Numbered from the stretch's first letter, positions 40,380 to 49,716 are shown. The stretch is 64,000 nt of DNA from Candidatus Latescibacterota bacterium (GCA_965203175.1 OZ241867.1:1248001-1312000), one strand, 5' to 3'. Translations and numbers: made by a program. The notes: generated by a model from the letters alone, not told the origin.

Positions 40380-42341
40380 ATGACGACGGGAATGTTCCTG
40401 CTTGTCTTAATTGCCCTCGCGCTCAATGCACGCGACGCTTCGGGCGTGATTATCTACCGCATCGGCGCGCCCTTTTCCGAGGCGGAAAGGGATAGCTTGG
40501 AGGAAATCGGCATCGATTTCAGGGAGCTCGACTGGTCGGAAAACTCGCAGTTGGAGGACGCCCTCGATCCGGACTCGCTACAGGCGGGCGTACTGCAGCC
40601 CAATTTCTTCGCCGAAGACGAGGATATCGCCGCAACGCTGTTGAGCAGAGACGGCTGGGTGGCCGTGCAGCGGGAAGCTGGTAGGGGCAACTTCGACCAG
40701 ACGGTCGGGAACCTGCTGGTCGATCAGGATCCGAGTACGGCGCACACATGGAAGGCCATAGATCAAGCGACCCTCGACTTTCGCGCCGCCTGTTGTAGCG
40801 ACCCCGGTGCATCGTTGAGAGTGCATCTCGATCTAGGTGGACGATTCCTCATCAAGGAGGTAAGACTGCGGACTCTGGCGGACAGGTCGGATCACTTCCT
40901 GGAGCAATTCGTCATCGGTGTCAGCGACGAGAGATACGGTATAATTGGACACGTCCCGAATCTCCCACCTGTTGTGGAGATAGAGGGCAATACTGAACCC
41001 GAAGTCAGCGTGATGCTCGATCGACCCGTGACGACCAACTTTGTGCAGTTGCGGATCCTTCGGCAAACGCCCAAGGAGATCGGGCTGGCCGCTTTCGAGT
41101 TGTACGGGGGGGGGTACGTGAGGAAGGCCTCATATGAATCCGACGTCATCGAACTGGACGACATCGCCAGTCTAGGCGAGATCCGCTGGTCGGGACGGCA
41201 GGATCCCCGCGCCCGGGTCGCGATCCGCACTCGGGCAGGAACCGATCCGCACCCGGTCGTTTTCTGGGAGACCCGCCCCGAGCAGCAGGACATCGTCAGG
41301 TTTCTCCAAGGGGGCGGCGATCTGAGTCTGACGGAGTACAAGCGCCAGTACGACAAACTGGATGATTTCCTCAAACCGGAAGACGAGCAGGACCGGGTGC
41401 GTCCCGACACGGAGCACTGGAGCTTCTATTCGAGTCCGTATGCGTTCGGGCATCCCGGGGTCCCTATTGCATCCCCCGGGCCGCGGAAGTTCGTCCAGAT
41501 CAGAGTGGATTTTGCCTCTACCACCGTCGCAGAGGGGGGCAAGATCGACTACATAGAGTTCAAGGCGTCGGTCCCGCCGTTGGTTCGCCGCTTGGTAGGG
41601 GAAATTCACCCAACCGAGACCGAGGTGGGCAAAGCGACTCAATTTACGTATTACATCAGTCCGACGATCCGGTCCACCGACAGCAGTTTTGACGGGGTGG
41701 AGATCGCGACGCCTTCAGGCGTGGTGTCGGTCGATTCACTGCGCATAGCCGGCATCGATCAGCAGGATTTCTCTTGGACTATCCACGGAGACGGTCTGGG
41801 GTTTGAGGTTCTGCTCCCGCGCCGGCTGGAGCCGGCGGACAGCGGTGCGCTGGTGGAGGTGGTGTTCACCGCTCCGGTACTGAGAGAAGTGGGCACCCTG
41901 TTTGCAGGCAGGGTGTTCGACACGACTAGGCCGCACGAGGTGCGGCAGCGGGTCGTGCCGGGCAATGCTACCAATGAGATCGAAGGCGATCGTTTGTCGG
42001 TGAGAACGGCTCTGAGCGAATCGCTGGTGTTTTCGCCGCGGATTTCGCCGAATCCGTTCACGCCGAACAGCGATGGGGTGAATGAGGTGGTGAACATATC
42101 GTACAAGCTGCTGCGGTTGACCTCAGCGGTGCCGGTAGCAATCGAGATCTACGATCTGTCGGGCCGGCTAGTGCGGCGGGTGTATGAGGGGGAGGATCCG
42201 GTGGGAGAGTACAGCCACGTGTGGGATGGCCGGGACGATTCGAACGGGCTAGTGCCGCCGGGGCTGTATCTGTACCGGCTGGTGGTGGACGTGCAGTCGG
42301 ATCAGGAGACCAGTAGCGGCGTCGTTGCGGTGGCCTATTGA
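40380..42341 (+). CDS. Exported discoidin-like protein with FlgD-Ig/CHU_C-like C-terminal domain
   Basis: Signal peptide; tail SPNPFTPNSDGVNE...IYDLSGRLV...WDGRD...PGLYL; start uncertain (40329-40392). Confidence 0.75.
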   Translation: MTTGMFLLVLIALALNARDASGVIIYRIGAPFSEAERDSLEEIGIDFRELDWSENSQLEDALDPDSLQAGVLQPNFFAEDEDIAATLLSRDGWVAVQREAGRGNFDQTVGNLLVDQDPSTAHTWKAIDQATLDFRAACCSDPGASLRVHLDLGGRFLIKEVRLRTLADRSDHFLEQFVIGVSDERYGIIGHVPNLPPVVEIEGNTEPEVSVMLDRPVTTNFVQLRILRQTPKEIGLAAFELYGGGYVRKASYESDVIELDDIASLGEIRWSGRQDPRARVAIRTRAGTDPHPVVFWETRPEQQDIVRFLQGGGDLSLTEYKRQYDKLDDFLKPEDEQDRVRPDTEHWSFYSSPYAFGHPGVPIASPGPRKFVQIRVDFASTTVAEGGKIDYIEFKASVPPLVRRLVGEIHPTETEVGKATQFTYYISPTIRSTDSSFDGVEIATPSGVVSVDSLRIAGIDQQDFSWTIHGDGLGFEVLLPRRLEPADSGALVEVVFTAPVLREVGTLFAGRVFDTTRPHEVRQRVVPGNATNEIEGDRLSVRTALSESLVFSPRISPNPFTPNSDGVNEVVNISYKLLRLTSAVPVAIEIYDLSGRLVRRVYEGEDPVGEYSHVWDGRDDSNGLVPPGLYLYRLVVDVQSDQETSSGVVAVAY

Positions 42342-43981
42342 CAATCGCTTTTTTCAGCATAACCAGCACTGAATCGCGTCGCCAATGCTGGCGACGGGCA
42401 GCTCGCGGTGGCGGCCCCAAGCGACCGCAATACTGCGGTCGGACTGCACCTAGGGCCGGACTGCTCGTCTGCTGCGCGGCATTCGCCGTCTGCTGCGTCG
42501 CCAACTTGGTATGCCCCCAGATGCTTCTCAGCCAGGAGTCCGACAAACTCGTAGCCCGACAGAGTGAACACCACTACAGACTCGGTCTGCGCCATGTGCA
42601 GAGCGGTGACTTCCAGAGCGCCGAGCGGGAATACAGGAAAGCGATCGAGATGGACTCGACTGACGTTCGCCCGCGCGACGGCCTCGGTTTCGTCTATGCT
42701 CTGCAGAACAGATTCCGAGAGGCAGAGGCGGAATTCGAGAGAGCACTGGAGATCAACCCCGACTATGCTCCGTCTCTCTACAAGTTGGGAAAGATCTTCC
42801 TGATCCGCCGGGATCGCGAAAAAGCGAAGAATGCCTACGAAAGAGCGATCGCATCCGAGCCGACGTACTTCCTCGCTCATCACGGGCTCGGCATGATCTA
42901 CTCGCAGGAGGGAAAACCGACCGAGGCGGCGGAGTACTTCAAAACTGTGCTCCGGCTCAAGTCCGACTACGGCCCCTCTCGCTATCGACTTGGAGCCATC
43001 TATCTCCGGGAACAGGAATACGCCAAAGCGATAGCAGAACTGCAGCAGGCGGCAAAGCTGGACGAGAATGAACCGGCGATCCACTACGTCCTGGGAAATG
43101 CGTATATGGCCATCGGCAGACTGAGCGAAGCGGCAGACGCATTTGCCGCAACCCTGCGGCTCGACCCCCGTCGCGCAGATGCGCACGACAAGCTAGGGCT
43201 GGTTTACACCGAACAGTCACATGTGCCCTTGGGAGCGGCAATGGCAGACCAAGACAAACTCGCGGCCGCCGTAAAGGAACACCGCAAGGCGGTTGAGCTG
43301 GCCCCCGACAACGGCTGGTTCCAGCACAACCTTGGCATGGCCTATGAGCGGCAGCGCAACTACGAGGAAGCCGCGGCCCAGTACAGAAAGACCCTGACGG
43401 TGGATCCCGACCTTGCGTACTCGCGCTATCGCCTCGGTATGATTTACTCCAGAACCCGGAAATACGAGGAGGCTGTCGACCAGTACAAGCAGGCAATTGA
43501 GCGCGAGCCGGACAACGCGCTGTTCCACTACGCCTTGGGAGCTGTGTATGCCCAGACCGGAAGGGCCGAAGAGGCGATCGCTCAGTATGAGAAGGCCATC
43601 GAACTAGACTACTTCAACACAGAAGCGCATTTCGGTCTCGCCAACGCCTATTTCAAGCAAGGGAATCGCCAAGAGGGCGAGAGGGAGATGCAGATATTCC
43701 AGAAGCAGCGCGAAGGCAACATCGCCGAACTCGAACGCAGCGTCGCCCTGGTCCCCGACAATCCGCATTTTCACTTCGAGCTCGCCGTGCATTATTTCAG
43801 ACAGGGACGGGACATCAGCGCCATCAATGAGTACAAGCTCGCCATCGCTCTCGACCCTGCCAATGCCGAATACCATCGCCGTCTCGGCGACGCCTACCTG
43901 AAAACAGGCAGGTACCACGAAGCGGAGGAGCAGTTCGAGATCGCTCGCCGACTGGATCCGGCAGACGAGAACGGACCATGA
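42338..43981 (+). CDS. TPR-repeat protein
   Basis: Many consecutive TPR motifs (A.Y.LG..Y...G...EA...Y.KA); true start probably downstream of 42338. Confidence 0.85.
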   Translation: MTIAFFSITSTESRRQCWRRAARGGGPKRPQYCGRTAPRAGLLVCCAAFAVCCVANLVCPQMLLSQESDKLVARQSEHHYRLGLRHVQSGDFQSAEREYRKAIEMDSTDVRPRDGLGFVYALQNRFREAEAEFERALEINPDYAPSLYKLGKIFLIRRDREKAKNAYERAIASEPTYFLAHHGLGMIYSQEGKPTEAAEYFKTVLRLKSDYGPSRYRLGAIYLREQEYAKAIAELQQAAKLDENEPAIHYVLGNAYMAIGRLSEAADAFAATLRLDPRRADAHDKLGLVYTEQSHVPLGAAMADQDKLAAAVKEHRKAVELAPDNGWFQHNLGMAYERQRNYEEAAAQYRKTLTVDPDLAYSRYRLGMIYSRTRKYEEAVDQYKQAIEREPDNALFHYALGAVYAQTGRAEEAIAQYEKAIELDYFNTEAHFGLANAYFKQGNRQEGEREMQIFQKQREGNIAELERSVALVPDNPHFHFELAVHYFRQGRDISAINEYKLAIALDPANAEYHRRLGDAYLKTGRYHEAEEQFEIARRLDPADENGP

Positions 43982-43992
43982 GCTGACACCGG

Positions 43993-45708
43993 ATGGCTCG
44001 CCGACCTCGCCTCTACATCTTCGGGCTTTATTTTCTCTTCTCGAACTCCCTCTGTGGTCCTTTGCAGGCTGCCGACGATGGGCTCGTGCTCGGCACCCGC
44101 GTGCAGTTTGTCGATGTCGCGGCCGAGGTCGGCGTCACCTTGATGAACGTCTCTGGTGATGGCGAACAGCAGTACCTGGTCGATGCCTTCATGGGGGGGT
44201 CGGCCTTCTTCGACTACGACTGGGACGGGGATCTGGATCTGTACGTGCTGAACGGGTCGAGAGTGGGAGGATTTCTCGGCCGGGATCGCCCGCGCAATGC
44301 CCTCTACCGAAACGAGGGCGCGACGTTTTCGAACGCCACAGAAGAATCGGGTCTCGGGGACACCGGTTGGGGAATGGGCTGCGCCGTGGCCGATTACGAC
44401 AACGACGGGGATGCGGACATCTATGTGACCAACTACGGCAGCAACGCGCTGTACGAAAATCGGGGAGATGGGGCCTTTGTCGATGTCGCGCAGCGCGCCG
44501 GAGTCTTCGGAGAAGAGGCATTTAGCACCGGATGTGCCTTCTTCGACTACGACCGCGATGGCGATCTCGACCTGTACGTGGCGAACTACGTCGATTTCGA
44601 TCATTTAATGGAAACCACTCCCGACAGGAGGCACGAGTGGCGGGGGTTGACCGTCCATTTCGGACCTCAAGGGATGCGGGGGGAGGCGGACGTATTCTAC
44701 CGCAACGAGGGCGAGGGCGTCTTTTCCGATGTGACTGCCGCAGCCGGTCTCGTGGATCGCGACATGCTGTACGGACTCGGTGTAGTTGCGGGAGACTACG
44801 ACAATGACGGCGATTCGGATGTTTACGTGGCCAACGATACGGGGCCCAACTATCTCTACGAGAACAGGGGCGACGGGACCTTTGCCGACGTGGCTTGGAT
44901 GAAGGGCGCGGCATACGGCGAGGGCGGCCAGCCACAGGGATGCATGGGCATCGCCTTCGGGGACTACGACAACGACGCGTATCCAGACATACTGGTCACC
45001 AACTTCTGGGAAGAGACTAACACCCTGTATCACAACGACGGAGGGCGATTTTTCTCGGATCTCACTTTCGATGCGGGAGTGGGGTTGGAGAGCTTCCAGT
45101 TCCTCGCTTGGGGCACCGAGTTCTTCGACTACGACAACGACGGCGACAAGGATCTTTTCGTCGCCAACGGCCATGTCTATCCGCAGGTCGACAGGGCGAA
45201 CCTCGGAGTCAGCTATGCCCAGACCAATCAGTTGTTCGAGAATATGGGGGATGGCACCTTTGCCGAGGTGTCCCGCACCTCGGGCGCGGGACTGCAGATC
45301 GAGAAGGTAAGCAGGGGCGCTGCTTTCGGGGATTACGACGAGGATGGCGACCTCGACATATTCGTCCTAGAGCTCAACGATCTCCCGACGCTGCTGCGCA
45401 ATGACGGGGGTGATCAAAACAACTATCTGATAGTCCGGACGGAAGGCACCGAGAGCAACAGGGACGGGATCGGCGCTCGGGTAAAACTCCGTTGCGGGGA
45501 CGTGACGCAGGTCAATGAGGTGCGGAGCGGTTCGAGCTATCTATCGCAGAACGACTTGAGGGTCCACTTCGGCTTGGGCGAGTGCACTACTGTAGACCGG
45601 CTGGAAGTACTCTGGCCGAGCGGTCTGGTCGAGAGCTTTGAAGACCTGTCCGCCAACAGGGTCTTGGTGATTCGCGAGGGAAGCGGAATCGTTCAGCCGA
45701 GCCAGTGA
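43993..45708 (+). CDS. CRTAC1/ASPIC-UnbV family FG-GAP repeat protein
   Basis: Repeated DYDNDGD.D motifs; NRDGIGARV, SYLSQND..VHFGLG ASPIC/UnbV tail. Confidence 0.92.
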   Translation: MARRPRLYIFGLYFLFSNSLCGPLQAADDGLVLGTRVQFVDVAAEVGVTLMNVSGDGEQQYLVDAFMGGSAFFDYDWDGDLDLYVLNGSRVGGFLGRDRPRNALYRNEGATFSNATEESGLGDTGWGMGCAVADYDNDGDADIYVTNYGSNALYENRGDGAFVDVAQRAGVFGEEAFSTGCAFFDYDRDGDLDLYVANYVDFDHLMETTPDRRHEWRGLTVHFGPQGMRGEADVFYRNEGEGVFSDVTAAAGLVDRDMLYGLGVVAGDYDNDGDSDVYVANDTGPNYLYENRGDGTFADVAWMKGAAYGEGGQPQGCMGIAFGDYDNDAYPDILVTNFWEETNTLYHNDGGRFFSDLTFDAGVGLESFQFLAWGTEFFDYDNDGDKDLFVANGHVYPQVDRANLGVSYAQTNQLFENMGDGTFAEVSRTSGAGLQIEKVSRGAAFGDYDEDGDLDIFVLELNDLPTLLRNDGGDQNNYLIVRTEGTESNRDGIGARVKLRCGDVTQVNEVRSGSSYLSQNDLRVHFGLGECTTVDRLEVLWPSGLVESFEDLSANRVLVIREGSGIVQPSQ

Positions 45709-45741
45709 CGGGGGCCTGACGTGTACTGGACACTACTCGAC

Positions 45742-46023
45742 CTAACCGACAGTGTCAGCTCCGGCATTGATCACCAGATGGGGTTTTAGTCGGGTAGACG
45801 CCGCCACATTGCGGTCGACAGCTAGATGGGACAGGAAGGCTTCGATCTCTCGCTCCCCCATCTGCTGGGGGTGTTTCTTTCCGTGAAAGAGAATGAAACG
45901 CCGTATCCACGAGACGTAGGTTTTTTCGTTCTTCTGGGAGTAGTGCTTCAGACGGATGGTTTCCCGCACTTGATTGAGCAGTTTCTTCGACTCCGGGGGT
46001 ATAATCTCACCTCTATTGCTCAA
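45742..46023 (-). pseudogene. intI: Truncated integron integrase (N-terminal SAM-like domain only)
   Basis: KLLNQVRETIRLKHYS.KNEKTYVSWIRRFILFHGKKHP..MGEREIEAFLSHLAVDRNVAAST; similarity ends before the expected QNQA and the catalytic domain is absent; divergent from attI and the cassettes. Confidence 0.88.
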
Positions 46024-46110
46024 TTTATTGTTTTTTTAACGTTTTATATAGATTACCCTTGTGTGTCAGGGGGATTTCTATACAAGAGTGAGCAAAGAGG
46101 AGACTAGACT

Positions 46111-46159
46111 CCCGGACTTCTTTCAGGGCTATGAGTGATAGCCCTGAAAGAAGTCCGGG
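46111..46159. repeat. Perfect 22-bp inverted repeat in the intI-attI spacer
   Basis: CCCGGACTTCTTTCAGGGCTAT-gagtg-ATAGCCCTGAAAGAAGTCCGGG. Confidence 0.95.
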
Positions 46160-46184
46160 CTAAAGAGAGGGATAGCGAGAAATG

Positions 46185-46240
46185 TTTCGGGGCTATGAAT
46201 TCTAATGGACATATTTCCGCTCACTCATAAGTTATGCGCT
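46185..46240 (+). other. Putative attI site (core GTTATGC at 46231-46237)
   Basis: GTTATGCGCT is the reverse complement (1 mismatch) of AGCGTATAAC at the end of cassette 1, as expected for an integrated cassette. Confidence 0.75.
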
Positions 46241-46974
46241 AATGAACTAGTAAATGAAAATATCGGAAGCAACGAGAAGAGACATTTTTGATTCGATCGT
46301 AATTGAGAATGTGCCATGGAACGGACGACTTGAGGAGCCGGATTTCTTGGCTCGATTATTCGATCTTAAATCTCTTCCCTCAACTGATGATAGATTTAGG
46401 GATGCTTATGGCGATATTTGGCAGCACCGAATAAATAACTACGACTGGGACGACGACTGGGTCTTTTCTGATACTCGTTTTAATTTGCTACATGGCGACG
46501 ACGAAATATTTTTGCGATTTTTATGTGAAACCCTACATCCAGTCGTGAGAACTGACGCAGAGGAGATCGAGAGACTCCGGCGAGGATATAACCTCTTATT
46601 ACAAAATGATGGCTACGAGATAGTTGCAAAGGCAAAAATGGCAGGCCGCGCTATTTATGTAGCTCGACAAATCGGGTTGAGGCCAGAGATACCTCTAAAT
46701 TCACTAAAAGAAAAATTTCGGGTACTGACACTAGTTATGTTCTCCAGCAGATCACACGGATGGAAGCTGCAGTAGAAAATGATCCTGGTCTGGCAATAGG
46801 AACAGCGAAAGAACTAGTTGAAACCGTGTGTAAAACAATTTTGAAAGAAAGAAATATCAAACTTACTGGAAATGAGAACCTACCAAAACTTGTGAAGGCG
46901 ACGGCGAAAGAGTTAAAACTGACGCCATCTGATATAGCAGATGATGCTGAGCGGCCCCCAAAGCTTGGATCACT

Positions 46975-47838
46975 TTAGATGTGAGTTGGCCGGGTCTCGG
47001 CGGGCTGATAGTTTAGGGCTTGGGCAAATTCATCGGGTGTTTTATATCCGAGGCTACTATGGGGTCGTTGCTGGTTGTACAGGCACCGATAGTCCTCCAC
47101 GACGACGCGGGCTTCGGCGATCGAAAAGAAGATTTCTGGCGTAAGACACTCGGCTCGAAAACGGCTATGAAAACTTTCGATGAGGCCATTTTGCCACGGG
47201 CTACCCGGCTCGATATACAGCGTCTGGATGTCGGCGGCAGCGCACCAATCCTGAATGAGTCGGGCGATAAATTCCGAGCCATTATCCGAGCGCATAAACG
47301 CCGGTGCGCCCCACGCTTCGACCAGCGCTTGAAGCGTATCCAACACGTGGTCACTGGGGATCGAACGCGCCGGGTGAATGACCAAACACTGCCGGGTATA
47401 TTCATCTACGACCGTCAGCATCTTCACCGGCCGACCGTCGGTGGTTCGATCCAAAATGAAATCCCATGACCAGACATGGCCGGGATAGGCCGCCTGCACC
47501 GGAGTGCGCCGCGCCGACCGGGGGCACCGTTTCCGGCGCTCCACCGGTGGTACGCCTAACCCGGCTTGCCGCCGCACCCGCTGGACGCGTTTGCGATTGA
47601 CCGTCCAACCCTCGCGGCATAAGAGCTGATGAATAAGCCGATAGCCCCAGCGCGGATGCTGTTTCGACAAGGTGATAATGCGCTGCTCCAGCCGCTGCCG
47701 CCGGTCGGTGGGGCCTTGCGGCCGATGATAATAACTCGAGGGCGCCAGCCCGACCACAAGGCAGGCCCGCCGCGTCGAGCACATCCCCTGTTCGGCGACA
47801 TAGTGGACGGCTCGTTTTTTATGCGACGGGCTTACCAT
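46975..47838 (-). CDS. IS3 transposase OrfB (DDE integrase core)
   Basis: WSWDF, VVDEYTR, RSDNGSEF, PGSPWQNGLIESF, YNQQRPHSSLGY; A7 slippery run at 47838-47844 for an OrfA-OrfB frameshift. Confidence 0.93.
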   Translation of the reverse strand: MVSPSHKKRAVHYVAEQGMCSTRRACLVVGLAPSSYYHRPQGPTDRRQRLEQRIITLSKQHPRWGYRLIHQLLCREGWTVNRKRVQRVRRQAGLGVPPVERRKRCPRSARRTPVQAAYPGHVWSWDFILDRTTDGRPVKMLTVVDEYTRQCLVIHPARSIPSDHVLDTLQALVEAWGAPAFMRSDNGSEFIARLIQDWCAAADIQTLYIEPGSPWQNGLIESFHSRFRAECLTPEIFFSIAEARVVVEDYRCLYNQQRPHSSLGYKTPDEFAQALNYQPAETRPTHI

Positions 47839-48107
47839 TTTTTTGCGTTGATCGCTTGCAACACCCGATTATCCAGCATCGCTTCGGCCAGCATCTTTTT
47901 CAACTCGGCGTTTTCTTTTTCTAACGCTTTCAAGCGCTTGGCATCGGCTACATCCATACCGCCGTATTGCTTTTTCCAGCGATAGAAGGTGCCTTCGGCG
48001 ATGTTATGCACGCGACAGAGTTCGGCCACCGTTTGGCCGCCATCCGCCTGCCGCAAAATGCGGATAATTTGCTCGACAGTACGAGATTTGCTCCCTTTGC
48101 GCTTCAT
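47832..48107 (-). CDS. IS3 transposase OrfA (HTH)
   Basis: EQIIRIL...ELCR...TFYRWKKQYGGM...LKALEKEN.ELKK. Confidence 0.93.
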   Translation of the reverse strand: MKRKGSKSRTVEQIIRILRQADGGQTVAELCRVHNIAEGTFYRWKKQYGGMDVADAKRLKALEKENAELKKMLAEAMLDNRVLQAINAKKW

Positions 48108-48384
48108 GAGTATGCTCCTCGTTAAGAAACAAGAAAATACTCACATCCAAACCTGTCCAGGTTTAAGGGGGCAGGCCAATGCTAAAGCATCTGACAGCAT
48201 AAAGCGGTTGTTGAGTAATCTGGCAACCATTACAGATGGGGTGGCAGAATTGAGAAATAGCTATGGGACTGGTCACGGCAAAGAAGCAAAATCGAGGGGC
48301 CTTACTTCGAGACATGCGAAACTGGCGGTTGGGTCTGCATCAACATTAGCGATTTTCCTAGTCGAAACTCATAATGAACAAAGC

Positions 48385-48445
48385 GTATAACAAGCGCACG
48401 CAACGGACTGGCCAGCCGGCCAGCCGCTGATGCGAGGCGTTAGAG
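48385..48445 (+). other. attC site 1
   Basis: GTATAAC ... central IR CTGGCC/GGCCAG ... GCTGATG ... GTTAGAG. Confidence 0.8.
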
Positions 48446-48459
48446 CGCGAGAGAAGCCG

Positions 48460-49098
48460 ATGGGATACACGAGACAACTTTGGGACAAACGTGTAGCCGG
48501 CAGGTCCGATCTCTCATCGCAAGTGATACACCTCACCCGCCCGACGGAATTCGACGGGAAGAAGGTTGGTCCGGTGGACCTGCTGGTCTGTATTCTTACG
48601 GAGGCCCGACTTAGCGCTTCCACCACAGACAAGGGCTTCATCTGCGGAGATATTCCTGCTACCTGCTTTCAAGATGTGCCCGTGTATTCATTATCGCAAA
48701 ACATCCACGCTGAAGAGCAGTATCGGGCGGCGGTTGAGGGGGCAAAAGTACGCTATGTCGGAGTTGGTCTCATGTTTCCTAAGCCGTATGTATACGCTCG
48801 GGGCGGTCGGCCTGTGATCTATGAAGACACAGACAAAGCGAAGGCCATTCTGCCAGAAGATGGATGGTGGCGAATCGTTCGCTTTGATCTAAGCGACGAA
48901 GAGAACTTCGCGGACTGGACGCACGAACGAGAGTGGCGTGTCCCGGGTGGTTTTCCCTTCGACCGCGACCAAGCGACGGTTTTACTTCCCAACAAGTACG
49001 GATACGACCGCTTTCTTAGGCTATGCGAAGAAGTTGAGGAGGTTGACATCCTGAAGGAAATTCGGGGAATCGTCAATTTGGGTGCGGTGTTCTACTAG
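48460..49098 (+). CDS. Cassette 2: AbiGi/DUF2971-like protein (possible ADP-ribosyltransferase fold)
   Basis: RSDLS..VIHLT, CFQDVP, RY.GVG, GGRPVIY, DWTHEREWR; ATG 48460 lies after attC1. Confidence 0.65.
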   Translation: MGYTRQLWDKRVAGRSDLSSQVIHLTRPTEFDGKKVGPVDLLVCILTEARLSASTTDKGFICGDIPATCFQDVPVYSLSQNIHAEEQYRAAVEGAKVRYVGVGLMFPKPYVYARGGRPVIYEDTDKAKAILPEDGWWRIVRFDLSDEENFADWTHEREWRVPGGFPFDRDQATVLLPNKYGYDRFLRLCEEVEEVDILKEIRGIVNLGAVFY

Positions 49099-49102
49099 CC
49101 CG

Positions 49103-49162
49103 CTCTAACAATCGGTTCAAGCGGACGCCGCAAAGCGGCACCGCTTAACCACAACGTTAGCA
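49103..49162 (+). other. attC site 2
   Basis: CTCTAAC-N5-GTTCAAGC...GCTTAAC-N6-GTTAGCA; CGCTCTAAC exactly complements the cassette start GTTAGAGCG. Confidence 0.92.
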
Positions 49163-49165
49163 CTC

Positions 49166-49624
49166 ATGACTGACCTCTCGCACCTAGAATCCACACTTGT
49201 CGGAGTCGCTGGCGAATACTTTGTTGCTGCGGAACTGTCGCTCCGCGGGTATCTTGCGTCGGTCACACTTCGAAATAGCCGAGGTATCGACATCATTGCA
49301 AGTAGTGCAGATGCGTCCAAGTCGGTATCTATTCAAGTCAAAACAAGCAAGGGCAAGACTCCGAGTTGGATCCTGAGCAAGAAATCCGAAGATTTTTTCT
49401 CTGACTCTCACTTCTACGTGTTTGTCTTACTCAAATCCCTTGGAACCCGGCCAGATTTCTTCATTGCCCCAAGCATTGCTGTCGCGAAGTATATCTGCAC
49501 CACGCACAGGGAATGGCTGAAAGGGTCAAAACGTGATGGAACCCAACGCCAGGATTCGAACATGAGAAAATTTAACGACCCCGAAGGTCAACATCGCGAG
49601 CGTTGGGACGTTCTGGGGCTATGA
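49166..49624 (+). CDS. Cassette 3: small PD-(D/E)xK nuclease
   Basis: GVAGEYFVAAELS, GIDII, IQVKT motif spacing. Confidence 0.75.
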   Translation: MTDLSHLESTLVGVAGEYFVAAELSLRGYLASVTLRNSRGIDIIASSADASKSVSIQVKTSKGKTPSWILSKKSEDFFSDSHFYVFVLLKSLGTRPDFFIAPSIAVAKYICTTHREWLKGSKRDGTQRQDSNMRKFNDPEGQHRERWDVLGL

Positions 49625-49625
49625 G

Positions 49626-49697
49626 TGCTAACCAGTCGCTCCAGCCGACGGCCAACCCGCTATGCGGCTTGTCCGCGGCTGAGCTTGTCCGTTAGGC
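49626..49697 (+). other. attC site 3
   Basis: TGCTAAC-N5-GCTCCAGC...GCTGAGC-N6-GTTAGGC; ATGAGTGCTAAC complements the cassette start GTTAGCACTCAT over 12 of 12 bases. Confidence 0.92.
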
Positions 49698-49716
49698 GTC
49701 ATCACGGCAACCACAC

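Larger units (their letters stand above)
46948..48178 (-). mobile_element. IS3-family insertion sequence (1231 bp)
   Basis: TG...CA ends with imperfect IRs (TGAGCGGCCCCCAAAGCTTGGA / TGGCCTGCCCCCTTAAACCTGGA); 4-bp target duplication ATGC at 46944-46947 and 48179-48182. Confidence 0.93.
46254..48390 (+). pseudogene. Cassette 1: abortive-infection family protein (AbiJ-N-like plus Abi_C domain), frameshifted and IS-interrupted
   Basis: GRLEEPDFLARLFDL..LPSTD.RF..AYGDIWQH; DPGLAIGTAKELVE; after IS removal ...AELRNSYGTGHG...HAKLAV; frameshift near 46711-46720. Confidence 0.8.

Noticed and set aside
45734-45796. Possible attC or IS end at the intI breakpoint (TACTCGACCTAACC...GGTTTTAGTCGGGTA)
   Set aside because: Only a weak imperfect inverted repeat, without proper L boxes or a GTTRRRY end.
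46700-46725. Programmed frameshift in the Abi cassette
   Set aside because: The A/T run is not an in-frame X XXY YYZ slippery heptamer and the gene is also IS-disrupted. Mutation or sequencing error is more likely.
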